Of a stretch of DNA of 64,000 nt, positions 1 through 12,385 are shown one piece after another. Each line of letters opens with the position of its first letter. Within the stretch, counting starts at the first letter, position 1. Position numbers and translations under genes: made by a program. The notes under the pieces are model-generated. The model saw only the letters and a program-made list of their open reading frames with translations. It was not told where the DNA came from and ran no database searches. The DNA comes from Paraspadella gotoi. Lineage: Eukaryota > Animalia > Chaetognatha. The DNA is taken from assembly GCA_051294375.1 (NCBI GenBank), contig CM119267.1, forward strand, positions 17,028,606 to 17,092,605. Direction: 5' to 3'.

Positions 1-441
1 GTAAGGATATTTACTATTTATATTTTTCCGTTTTTTTGAGGGGAATTCGTTTTTATTTTTATGAATTAAAACTTTTTGGTGCATTAAATATTTAACCAAG
101 GGGCAAAAACCAATATTTATTGAAAAGGAAGAAATGCAGGAATGGAAGGAAACACAAAAATTAGTTAATCAAAAAAATATATACAATTTTTGTATCTATT
201 GTCATTAAATAATTTTTTAAAAGAAGTGTTCCTAATTACCCCATTGTGAGGTAAAACAGAACACTAATTTTTTTTAAAAATGCTGCCCCTAGCCCTCGGG
301 GGCGCGTGATAAAAACGAATACATCAACCTATAGCGGAGAAACTTTCATAGATATATCACCAGAAAAAAAAATTTAAAAAAAATTACTATTCAAAAAGTT
401 TGATTACTTCCAAAAGTGTTCCGAATTACCCCGCACTACCC
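1..441. mobile_element. One end of a pogo/Tc1-mariner-like MITE (same family as 47323-48550); other end not resolved
   Basis: tttgattacttccaaaagtgttccgaattaccccgcactaccc-TA at ~399-443 is the reverse complement of the terminus at 47323; partial second TIR copy at ~226-242. Confidence 0.6.
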
Positions 442-1145
442 TAATCAATTAGATAAACTTTAATATAACAAGCGCATCGTTCAGCAAGCAGATCTTCAAG
501 TAAATTGTGTTATCTTTTCCGAGCAAGCCAATAAGGTAATGTCAAAACAGCAAATTATGAGTTTTTAATTTTAAGTCCATATATGTTGAGGATATTGTTC
601 TGTAAATATGTCACCGATAGAAAGCTAAGAGTCCTAGAATTCTTTTTTCTACAACTAGAACTGAAACTAAACCTTGTATACGTTATGGGGGGAGATTAAA
701 TTCTTTTTCTCTCTCTTCTTGTCTACTCCCCACGGGAAATTTTCTCACTTTTCTCATTCGTTTTTTATTGGTTCGCACTTTTTTTTTTCAAAGTTCCGTT
801 GGATTTGTTCACAACCTTACTTTGTTTATTACTGTAGGCGTCGTGCCCTCCTTTTTTATTCGGTCTTGAGTTATTTACGACTTACGTGCTTCGGTTGTGT
901 CTCTTGAGTATTAGAGATTTCTTGCCGTCTTTCCTCGGCTCCATTTTTTGTGTTTCATGAGGATAGAGTGATTTCGTCTCTTCGTCCTGTCATGGTGCCA
1001 TTTGACGTATGCGCTCTCTATATAGCTTGTACGTGTGCGAGCTGCCGTACTCTCTATGTTTACTTTCTCTTATGATCTTCTCGATTAATTATAAGTGATG
1101 GCATATGGTAATATAGGTTCGTAATGACATAGACTTACGGCGCAT

Positions 1146-4100
1146 GTTGAAATCAGCTAAGCGATGGGTAATGTAGATAGATGCAGGAAGGGTTTAGCTT
1201 GTGTCCCCATTGGAACGGATTTTTAAAAAATTTGAAAAATTGCGCTCAGCACCTTAAAAAATTTTTTTACAATATTTGCTCTAGCGCAGTTATTAATGAA
1301 CTAGCCCCATCATTTTTGCTCATAAATACTCCGAGACGAGACCTACATAATGATGTAATAAAATTTTTGAATTCATTTAATTTTTTTGGTTTTAATAATT
1401 AATTGGTCAAAATAATATTCAAAAGTATACTGTAAATATCCAAGGTAATTGATTCTTTTTTTATACAAAATGATACATTGAACTTGAGCAGTTATAATAA
1501 ATAACAAATAAAATTTTAAAAAATAATTTTAAATACCAAAAATATTTTTTCAATATTATAAAAATATATTATAGTCTTAAAACTAATTAAAATATTTAAA
1601 AACTATAAAGGGTTTGAAAGCGGACATTATGCTGATTCTAAATCTATTTTTGTTTTTAAATTTGATTTCTTGTTCTCGTTTTACAGACTCATACATTTGT
1701 AAAAATTAAAAAAATCATCCCTTTTTCAAAACCTTATAAAAAATGATTGGGTCCATGTATTGAAATAAAAATTTAAAACTAACTTTGAAAAAGTAATATC
1801 TTCTTGCTATTAAAATTTTAAATGAGAAGAATAGGATTTGCCAAAGATATCAAGGGAAGAAGTGTCATTATTTATATTTTTATGAAAAAAGAATAAGATT
1901 TTTTTTAATAAGCAATTGAACTATTCTTTCGTGGCCGAAGCGGCTAGGGCAGAGGTTCTTCTCAGACGAGGGTTTAGTAATGACTTAAATTTTCTGCAAT
2001 ATTGAGGACAACCGCACAAATTTTTGTGTTCACCTATCTTTTTCTTACTAACATTACACAACCAAAGTCAGAGTTCTAATGCAGACATAATGAGTAGACC
2101 TTTCCATGCATGAAAAGTTTTTAAATCAAAAAACGAGTATTGGTAAAGGTGCCCATACATCATATGAATTTTTTGAACATTTTTTTCAATAGATTTTTAC
2201 AGTAAATGATGCCAACTCTGAAAAAAAATAAAAAAAATGCTAAAAAATTTACTTTTTCATAAATATCTTTTAAAGTTTTATTACTACAGGGACGAAACCC
2301 AATCTATCTTGTAGTAGGGGTAGCCCCACTCAATGGAATAAACTTTTCTTAAAATCTTAAAAGCATAAGGATCGCCACAATTGCATAGAGAGAGAGAGAG
2401 AGAAATCGTTTTCGGACGAATCACGAAGAGAGCGCGTTCAAATTATTTTGGGCAGTTAGGGATTTTTACATTTTTCCTCAAATTAATCTTTAGTTTCAAA
2501 AACTTTGTGACGTCAAGAACGGTAGTGAAGGTTTCAGTAACTAGACAACTCAAATAAACAAATATTGACAACGCCGTAAGCAGCGCTAGTACGACTATTA
2601 TGGCTCGCCTCAATAAGTCTTTTCCTCTCTCAGCCGAAATCTTATTTTTGACCGTACTTCTTTGTCCTCACGCGTTCGGCCAAATCGTTTTTCTGGTTAT
2701 TTGTCGAATCTTTGTCGATATTTTGTCATAATTTGCGGAGACTCAAGATAAATATTTAGTTCGTTTATTAAACTCGCAAGGGACGGACGACGCCTCGAAC
2801 GCTTGACGTCGCGAGCGTGAAATACAAGAAGATATTTCACACTGACCACGACGATGATAATAATGCTGTTAATGATTGACTTGATTGATTAATTTATTGA
2901 TTACAAATTTATTTATTTTAAAATGAAGTACTATGGCAACAGCCGGGTTGCTTTTGATGCCCTTTGGGATGGAACATTTCATTGTTGGCTCGATCAATAC
3001 TACTTTTAAGATTTTTAAAAAAAATTTTATATAAAATAAAAAGAAAAATTGACAAAAATTATTAAATTATTAACAAGTTTGAGCAAATGATATCAGAATG
3101 TACTATTTTTTATTTACTCTAAGAAAAGTGCATTCCCATTTTCTTTTTAACGTAGTTCAAACCTATTAAATAAAAATAAGGTAAGTATTTTTTTTTAATA
3201 TTAAAAAGTTATAACTTTTTAACCTATTGAAGAGACAGTAATTATTGATAAGTGTTAATGACAGAAGCATTCAATATAAGCAGTCGCTGAGCTTCGGATC
3301 AGGCTGTAACACCATGTTAGAGGCGGGTTAAGCGCCCGTCCCTCTTAACTGCCAGACGACCACCGGGCTAGAACCCCGGACCTTTTAGGTTGGGAGGCGA
3401 ATGACTTGCCTCCGGCACCAATGGCCGCTGATGAACGGTTGGTGGATTTTAGTCCACCATACTATAGTCTTTTTTTAAAAAATCTTTTTAGCAAAACAAA
3501 GGCAATTATCTCTCTATTCAATTGAGCATAATTTTCTTTTTAAATCTTTCACAAACATTGTTAAAAATATCATTTTTAAAAAGTTTATCAAAAATAGCTT
3601 AAAACAATAGGTTTTAAAAAATGTATTTAGTAAAAAAAATAACTTAATTTATAATGCGAGGTATGTAACATAGTCAATTTTTTCCGCTCTACAAGATAGA
3701 TTAGGTTTCATCCCTGTAGTAATAAATGTTTAAAAGATATTTATGAAAAAGTAAATTTTTTACCTTTTTTTCATAGTTGGCCGCATTTACTGTAAATTTT
3801 TTTTGAAAACAAATGTTCAAAAATTCATATGATATATGGGCACCTTTTACACAAACGATTTTTGATTTAAAAACTTTTCATATATGGAAAGGTCTACTCT
3901 TTATGTCTGCATCTGACTTTGGTTGTCCAATTTTAATAAGAAAAAGATAGGTGTTGTGAGGTTGTCTTCAATATTGCAAAAAACTTACTAAATCCTTACT
4001 AAGTCCTTACTAAATCCTAGTCTTTGAAGAACCTCTGCCTCAGCCGCTTCGGCCATGAGAGAATGCTTCAATTGCCTATTAAAAAAATCTTCTTTTTTTT

Positions 4101-4837
4101 TCATAAAAAAATATAAATAATGACACTTCTTCCCTTGATATCTTTGGCAAATCTTATTTTTCTCATTTACAATTTTGATAGCAAGTAGATATTACATTTT
4201 CAAAGTTAATTTTAAATTTTTTTTCCAATACATGGACCCAATCATTTTTTATAAGGTTTTGAAAAAGGGATGATTTTTTTAATTTTTACAAATGTATGAG
4301 TCTGTAAAACAACAACAAGAAATCAAATTTTAAAAACAAAAATAGATTTAGAATCAGCATAATGTCCGCTTTCAAACCCTTTATAGTTTTTAAATATTTT
4401 AATTAGTTTTAAGACTATAATATATTTTTATAATATTGAAAAAATATTTTTGGTATTTAAAATTATTTTTTTAAATTTTATTTGTTACTTATTAAAACTG
4501 CTCTTGTTCAATGTATCATTTTGTATAAAAAAAGAATCAATTACCTTGGATATTTTCAGAATACTTTTGAATATTATTTTGACTAAATTAATTATTAAAA
4601 TCAAAAAAATAAAATGAATTCAAAAATTTTATTACATCATTATGTAGGTCTCGTCTCGGAGTATTTATGAGCAAAAAATGATAGGGCAAGCTTCATTAAT
4701 AACTGCGCTAGAGCAAATATTGTAAAAATATTTTTTAAGGTGCTGAGCGCAATTTTTTCGAATTTTTAAAAATCCGTCCAATGGGGACACAAACTAACCC
4801 TCCTGCATCCATTACTAACAGCTGAGCTGATTCCAAC
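1146..4837. mobile_element. Foldback-like element: ~1.15-kb inverted arms (1146-~2314 and ~3688-4837) around a ~1.37-kb spacer
   Basis: 1181 atgcaggaagggtttagcttgtgtccccattgg matches the reverse complement of ~4779-4810; similarity continues to ttactacagggacgaaacccaatctatcttgtag (2281-2314) vs 3688-3722; no transposase ORF, no clear TSD. Confidence 0.9.
3285..3428 (-). mobile_element. tRNA-Gly-derived SINE or tRNA pseudogene
   Basis: Minus strand 3428-3355: acceptor stem GCGGCCA/TGGTCGT, TCGCCTCCCA as in tRNA-Gly(CCC), B-box-like GGTTCTAGCCC; anticodon stem does not pair; GC-rich body follows. Confidence 0.55.
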
Positions 4838-5090
4838 TCCTAGTTTGAGAGATATCCACTCCCTCCAGTTTATCGAGTAAAGAAGAAAGTTACTGTATAT
4901 AATTAGAAAATTTTTCCCAGTGCTTTTATTGTACTGGCACACAATGTTTTTGAAATAGGTTCGCTGTGTTCGGAATTTTTTCAAGAATAAACGAAAGAAC
5001 ATTTAATATTACTAAAAATATATGTAATTAAGAATATTTTTAGCGCATTAAAGATCTTTACTATTAAATGATTGATATGTAATTCTTTAG

Positions 5091-6894
5091 GTACCCCATG
5101 GGCTGGTACAACCGTCGCTTTTAACATTTTCGCCGCTGGGTACAATTTAGGAATTCCCACTGTTGTTCCAATAGATATCAGAGAAGAGCAAAGAAGCTAC
5201 GAGACAGGTGATTTTATTTTTATTTACGAATAATCGAATGTTGACCTCGCAGTACGCCTTATTTCTTTTTTTTTTACAGGGGCTCAGCTTCTTCCTCATC
5301 CGCAATTATGGTCCCCGTCGGACCATGTTCACATGATGACTCCGAGACGAAATTTTACTGTGTTGAATTACAACAATTTCTTCAAAGCGTTGAATTTTTC
5401 CGTCGGTAAAATTAACCACGATAGAACCCTAAACCTCACTAAAAACCTGACTCATCCTGGCGTGGATGTATTTTGTGTTTATAGTAAAGGTATGCGCATG
5501 AGAACTATCTTTTAAATGTTTCTAATTTTATCAGGATGATAATGTGTGCATTTAAAGACTAAATTAAAGATTTAAACGGTAAATCATTGTCGTCTATAGT
5601 ATGTATACTGCATAGTAATCATTCTAATCGTTTAGGTATTCCGACTATGAATCAGCTGTATTATGACACTGACGAAGATTTCGTTAATGGGAAACAACCC
5701 AAACGTCGTTGGGTAAGATAATGCTATTCAGTAATTATTGTATCGAACGGCTTCAGTAATTTTTTCATTAATATTAACAGTCTACAATTAGCTTTTTGTT
5801 GCTTGAAGATTGACTCGTTCCAGAATTTTATACATGAACCATTTTAAAAAACAAAATTTAGATTTTTATTTTAATACTAAATATTAGTATTTATATTCAA
5901 ATGCCACTAATTTTTTCAGAGACCTTTGTAAAAGAATACCAATAAGCGGTAAAGATCTTAACAAGATTACAGTCGAAATAGATATTGATAGATAATCAAT
6001 TAATCATCCTCATCGCTGTTGCAATTATAAGTTTTTTGGCCTCGTTTGTCCATTGAGCTGGATATGAAGTTTCGAAGGAATCGTGCGAGTGGAAATGAGT
6101 ATAAATAGGAAAAAATATATATATATTTCACTATTTGAACGCCAATTACTTGTGAGTGGATGGGGCGATTGACTTAAAATGTGTGATTAAGCTGATAGAA
6201 TCGTCTGAGTGGAAATGAGTTTAAATGGAAAAAATAAAAAAACCTGTTTCGCTAATTGATTATGCTTCTTTTTATTTTTATATTAAATGTAAATACAAGA
6301 TGTATTAATTAATCAACTAATTAATTAGTTAATTAATCAATAATAAATTAATTATTCCATCAATATATTTATCTATTAATTAATTATTAAAACAATCAAT
6401 TTATTTATCAATTATTTAATCAATCAAGTCAATCGTTATTGCCAAATATTGGCATTATTGTCGTCGTTGCCATCATCGTCGTTGTTGCTTTTGAGGTGAT
6501 CAGTGACGAAAAGACCTAAAAACAAACATTTCGGATGAAATTTATTAATTAATTACCGCTAATGATCGTGGGCAGATCCGACATTGTTTGCTCAAACTTG
6601 TTTCTATTACTTTCTTCCGAGGCGATAAATCCCATTAAATCGTTTGTCAATTTCTTTACAGCTAATTGTGCGATAAATTTTTGGAACTCCATAATCTCTC
6701 ATGTTTTACAGGGCGACGGCGACGGCTCGGTCAATCTTGTTAGCCTTCGTCTTTGCGATAAATGGGTTAATATGTCGCGGCGTGACGTCCATGCTGAATC
6801 TAAAATATTTTTGGACTTGGATCACTCGGGAACATTAAAAAGTCAAGTTGTATTTGACTATTTAAAGTTGATACTTTCTTCAAATCAAACATGA
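5091..6894 (+). CDS. PLA2G15: Group XV phospholipase A2 / LCAT-family acyltransferase, 3' exons (5091-5207, 5280-5489, 5636-5712, 6712-6894); 5' part upstream of window
   Basis: Spliced translation GTPWAG..IREEQRS..LLPHPQLW..PGVDVFCVYSKGIPT..GDGDGSVNLVSL..DH matches LPLA2/LCAT GAPWGG, PGVxxxCLYG and GDGDGTV motifs; window starts with gtaagg, a likely donor of the preceding ~5-kb intron. Confidence 0.85.
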
Positions 6895-7659
6895 AATAAA
6901 GGGATATTAAAATGAAATTATGTTCAAACTAAATTAGTTAAAATCATTTGCAGTTTTGCAAATTGGTTCGAAAATCGTTCGTGATTAACTGATTAAATAT
7001 GTTATTTAATCAAGAAAATATTAATTAAATTGATAATCAGGGTTCATCTTTTAATTTTTTATCGTCGCAATCGCTTTGCGTTTGCGACGATATTGCTTTG
7101 GTTTTGCTCATAGTGGCGTCGTCGTCGTTGGCGTTCCAAATTATAGATCGCTTTTTTTATGATTAAATTTGGGTGTATGAAGCTAAAAATTTATATACAG
7201 CTTCTCATCATCGATGTGCTTAAAATTGAGTCTGGACAGTTATTAAATATGTTTTGTTTACGTTTTATCAAAACAAACAAATTTTTTTTTTTTTATTTCT
7301 TTCACTCTCTCTCTTTTCTCTTTTAATTACATGTCTCTCTCCCTCTCTATTTTCCCTAGTTACTGATTCATAGACAAAGGGGAAAAACGAGTCTGCAGCT
7401 GGCTCTGCAGGGGCTTATTCTTTTTCTCTCTTTTCTCCTGCTGCTTCTGCTACTGCCTTTTTATTTCTTTTTTTTTTGGCTTCTCTCTCTTTCTCTCTCT
7501 CTGGCAGAGACTCTGCGTTTTAATTTTTTTAAAAATTTTAATGAGGAATCCTCATTGAGGATTGAACTCGTAAAATTAAGAGTCTCATTCGTGCATGTTA
7601 TCGTTTTGCTATCTCAACATCGGGTTTTTATTTCGTTCTTTCTCGTCACTCTTTATTTT

Positions 7660-7885
7660 TATTTTTCTTTCTTTCCTTTCTATTCTTTCTTTCCTTTTTA
7701 TTCTTTCTTTCCTTTTTATTCTTTCTTTCCTTTTTATTCTTTCTTTCCTTTTTATTCTTTCGTTCCTTTCTATTCTTTCTTTACTTTCTTTCCGTTCTAT
7801 TCTTTATTTCTTTCCTTTCTATTCTTTCTTTCTTTCCTTTCTATTCTTTCTTTATATTTATTCTTTTCTTATTTTTCTTTCTGTT
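7660..7885 (+). repeat. Pyrimidine-rich 18-bp tandem repeat (ttctttctttccttttta)
   Basis: Directly visible; explains spurious FPFYSF and LSFLFI ORFs. Confidence 0.9.
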
Positions 7886-8172
7886 TATAAAATTTTTCAA
7901 ATTTGATTTTTTTTAGTATCAAAATTTGTCGTCAATCCAGATTTTTCTTATGCGATTGCGACGATCCTTATGCTTTTAAGATTTTTTTGGTGTGTTTTTG
8001 CAATACAGAAATCATACGATTTCAGCATTGTCGCAGTTGTTTTGTTCATGATTAAGTTTAATAAAAGGAAAAGCAAACTATTATCATTATAAACTATTTC
8101 AAGACTCAAAAGATACTCCTACTGTTATTGAAAGCTTATGTTTTTATCTTGTAAGAGAGAAGGAGACCTAAA

Positions 8173-8390
8173 ACTGGCTAAATTTTACTTTCGCCGACCG
8201 GGGTTTTGGCGTTTTTTGAAAAACTACTTGAAATATGTATATATATATATTTTTTAAAAATTAATAAAAATTATTTAATTACCTTAATACTAATTCCTTT
8301 TAACCTTAACCACCCTTAACCTTAAACCACCCTTAAACTACCCTTAACCCTAACCTTTAACCCCGGTTGGCGAAAGTAAAATTAACCTTT
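8173..8390. mobile_element. ~215-bp MITE with TAACCC-like internal repeats, inserted into a copy of the ~110-bp dispersed repeat
   Basis: TIRs aattttactttcgccgaccgggg / ccccggttggcgaaagtaaaatt; flanked by taaa on both sides; second copy inverted at 9708-9889. Confidence 0.8.
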
Positions 8391-8774
8391 AAACCACCAT
8401 AACCTATCCATTGTGTCAAAAGACGAGGGCAAGATAGCTTATTTATATTGGTTGTACCAATTTTATATAGTTTTATTTTATTTTTCCGATTTACTGATTA
8501 ATCTGATAAAACTTCAGGGATGGAACTCGAATAGCGTTATTGAGATGGTGCTTTAGTCCACATAGTCACTTTGGCTAGATGGGGGCTATTTAGATTATCA
8601 AGGACGGAGGTTGCTTTACAGCCGCGTCTATCATTTTTCAACATATTACAACCTAACCCTGAGCGTATTATTCTCTAAATTCTTTTTGTTCAAGTTGATT
8701 TTTTTGATTTATTAAATTCATCAGAAACTTAAAGCATTCCCTTAATTATTTTTTGGAAAAACAAACATAACAAA

Positions 8775-10879
8775 ATGTCTGAGCCCGAACACCCAGTGGG
8801 AGCAGAAGGGGATGAAAACGAAGTCGAAATGACACCAGGATATAAACCACCAGCTCAAAAAGCTTTGTCAGAGGTAATTTATATTGATATATTGATTATC
8901 CTGATATTTATCTAATTATCGTTTGAACTGAACTAAACCCCGCTAATAGACTTTGTTCTCCGAGTCGTAATCCGATTGCTCTTTGAGTAAAGCCATTTGC
9001 TAATGACCACTCTGTACACTATGCAGTGTGTACCAGTGTGTTTCCTGTTCAATCTAAACCAGGTACTTAAAGGTATCTACGCGATTTACAAAAAATACCG
9101 TATCTCGTAAGGACAAAGTATTTAACGAACGATGAAAGCACGAACGCTGAAATGATCCCAAACGATAAATTCTTGTCACGAGTCCGAGCTCAGATATCAC
9201 GATTAGAAACCTTGTCAATAACTTTTAGAAATTAAGGATCGACTGCAGGTCCCAAGGATCACGGTTAAATTTCAGCTTAATTTATTGACTTCTTTCTGAT
9301 CATTAGTATCCAATCTCGTCGATCATGATATATAATATATCCTCGGCGATTATGGTATCTGAATTCCTTTAATTTCTTCCAAAAAATTATCCTCCTCCGT
9401 ACCGTTTTGTTCTTTTAACGTTAATTAATAAAAACCTTGCTCTTCGTTTCCCCATAGACCTCTGAAGCGTATTAATCTCCAGGAAGGCCTCAATCTCACT
9501 TTTCTTTATACAGTAATCTGCAGTCAGTGCTTCTTTTTTTTGTAGATTGTCGCGGCTGACAAAGAAGACGAAGCCTTGGAAAAATACAAAAAGAATTTAC
9601 TAGGGGATGTCGCCGACGGTAGTACGGTTATCATCGACGAAAAAAATCCCGAGTAAGCCTGCTGAAAGTTTCGTTCAGCCGTTTGTTGTTTCATGGTGAT
9701 AATTTTGGAGGGTTACTTTTACTTTCGCCCACCGGGGTTAGGGAGGAGTTAGGGTTATTGGTGGTTAAGGGGTAGTTTAGGGTGAGGGGTAGTTAGGGTT
9801 AGAGTAATTAGGTAATATATTTTGTTAAAAATAGGTTGTTTTAAGTGTTTTTTTCAAAATCGCTGTCGGTGAAAGTAAAATTTATCCATTTTGAAAATAA
9901 AACTAGATTTAAATTAGTCAAATGTGAGCAAAAAGTATTTATGCTTCTCCCCTAACAGTTTAAAATATATTATGGTGGACTAAAATCCACCAACTGTCTT
10001 TTCAATATTTTCTCATGTTTAATTGTGTAATGTTTGGGAAAACCTAATCCAAGACGCTTGATGCTTTTCGTAAGATCAGATGGGCGTGCAAGCTAGTGAT
10101 GGAGGGCGGATTCTGTTTGGAATTCGCGCGGTGCGGCAGCGCATCGGTGATTGCCCACGTGGCCGGCCACAGTTTTAACGCGTTGCACTTGCATTTCCTG
10201 ACAGCATTATTTCCTCTTTCTTATTAAAGTCTACATTTCATTTTATACGTTTTTTTTTTCAGTCGCGTTATCATTACAAAGATGGAGTTTTTAACAGCTG
10301 AGAAAAGCGGTCTTGAAATAGATTTGACGACGGCGGACGTAGACAAGCCAACCTTTATCATTAAGGAGGGAATCAAATACACGTATATAAAAATAATAAT
10401 ATTATGCAAAAATAAGAAGGCAAAAAAAGCAAATTAGTTTTGGCAACTTGCTACTATCTATTATTTAAATTAAAATTTCTTTTTAAACTTTTAAAATTTG
10501 ATCGAAGGCTGAAGAAGAATTTTTTTTATTCAGAATTCGAATTTGGTTTTATGTTCAACGAGAACTTGTTTCGGGATTAAGATATCATCATTCTGTCAAG
10601 AAAAGTATCGTGAGCGATAAAGAATCGCACATGGTTGGATCTTATGGACCGAGAAAGGAAATATACCAATTTACTACTCCTGAAGATGAACTCCCCACTG
10701 GGATTTTGGCCAGGGGTAAGTCTTTTCGTTTTAAGCTTCGATTTTGAATAGCAACGTTTACAAATTATAATTTTCAATCTCTAGGTAGCTATACCGTTCA
10801 TTCTAAATTTGTGGACGACGACAAAAAGATTTACAGGCAATGGGATTGGAAATTCAAAATTCAGCAAGATTGGGAATGA
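8775..10879 (+). CDS. ARHGDIA: Rho GDP-dissociation inhibitor, 5 exons
   Basis: GYKPPAQKALSEIVAADKEDEALEKYKKNLLG..FIIKEG..VQRELVSGLRY..HMVGSYGP..ELPTGILARGSY..SKFVDDDK..W.W.FKIQQDWE*. Confidence 0.95.
9708..9889. mobile_element. Second copy of the telomere-repeat-like MITE, in RhoGDI intron 2
   Basis: ttttactttcgcccaccgggg ... gtcggtgaaagtaaaattt with internal gttaggg units. Confidence 0.75.
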
Positions 10880-12385
10880 AAACGCAGAACAAACCTCCGG
10901 TTTTCGAGAGGCTTCAATATCGAATCTTTTCATTAACGAAAAAGACATGAACAATTGAACATTAAACAATAACGGGAAAAAAAATCATTTTACTCGGTAA
11001 CAATTAAAAATTTTAAATTATCTACCATTGTGTCTTTCCCCCGTCTCACTGTTACAGATAATTTAGGAAAAGGAAAAAGTGAAATAAATTTGTTCCAATT
11101 GATTTTTTTTTTTCATTTGTTTTAATATCTGATTTCTGTCTATTTTTTTCAAACCGTTTTCTATCCGATAATTTCAGTGTCGGCATTCCCATGTCATGTT
11201 CGTTATCGCCGTCTGGATATTCATAATTATTGAGTCGGACTAAAACAATCAACTTAGTATTTCTATTGTGACTTGGTTATTTGAGTAAAAACGAATGAAT
11301 TTCTATTAGCCAAATATGGGATTTTGCTGTAACCGGTTACGGAGAAAGTAAAGTTTTACTTAGTATCGAATCGATAAACGTTATTTTTTTTTTGCTAAGC
11401 CTTTGCTTAAATTTATTCCATAATCATTAATAATTGTTTAAATACAGCTTGTCACTTTCTTATCTGTCTTAATCTGTTCATTCTTTTGCTGACGCTGTGC
11501 GCAAAAGCGCTTATCGATTTTCATTTAATTACTTGGTGAACAATCTTTTTTTTTGTTTGGGACGATTTTTCAATTTTCTAACTTGCTTTAATCTTTCCTC
11601 TGGCGGTTTTAGCTAATACATATGTAGTTTTATTAAATAAAGATTGTCTGTTTATGATTCGAGCTATTTTTTTTGACGATGTACTCATGTAGTCATTTTT
11701 ATTTTTCTGGCCGCTTCTTGATCAAGATTCTTTTGAATTGTATCTGAAACAGAAGAGATAATGATTTTTTGGGAATGTAAGTATGTAAACGTTAACGCAT
11801 TCGTGATGTTGTCTGATGCTTACCCAAGTAAATCAATCTTTTTGGCATAATTATTATCTGATTTTTCTGAGAAACCTGTGCAGTTTTTTGAAGAACTGGG
11901 CTATTAAGTTATATTACGTTTCGTATGCATTCATTTTACCTTTACAAATAAGATATAATTAGAATTAAGGAAAACTTGTGTATTTTTTTTTTTAGCGAGG
12001 CCTCTCACCTTATTGTTGAACCATTCCATTGAGCTTAGCGAGTTCTTTACGCATTTGCTTGTCACCAGTTAGGCTTTAACAACGGTACTTTGAATTCGAC
12101 AGTCTAAAAAATCTATTTTATAGGAGATTTCAATCCGCTTTTTATTCTCAATCCAGTTCATTAACTGTTTCGATGATTGTGATTTATTTGGTGTCATGCA
12201 CTAATTCATGTTACACTTTTTATGCTACTGTAACCAATTGGCAGGTTTGAACTTTGGTGAACTATTCAATTACATCTATATTTTTATTTCAAAGCTCTAT
12301 TGTTTTTCAATTTTTCTCTAGCATTTCTCTTTTGGACAGAAACTTCGAAAATTAATCAACAAGCTTTTACAAAAAATGAGAAACA

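Noticed and set aside
700-1080. Purine-rich coding-like stretch on the minus strand
   Set aside because: Interrupted by stops, no recognisable motif; probably decayed TE
7555-7906. Phe-rich ORFs
   Set aside because: Translations of a CT-rich tandem repeat
8645-8662. cctaaccct as a telomerase RNA template
   Set aside because: Short match with no pseudoknot evidence; such repeats are common in nearby MITEs
8945-9365. Hairpins and possible C/D or H/ACA snoRNAs in RhoGDI intron 1
   Set aside because: No consensus boxes at the right spacing and no recognisable rRNA guide
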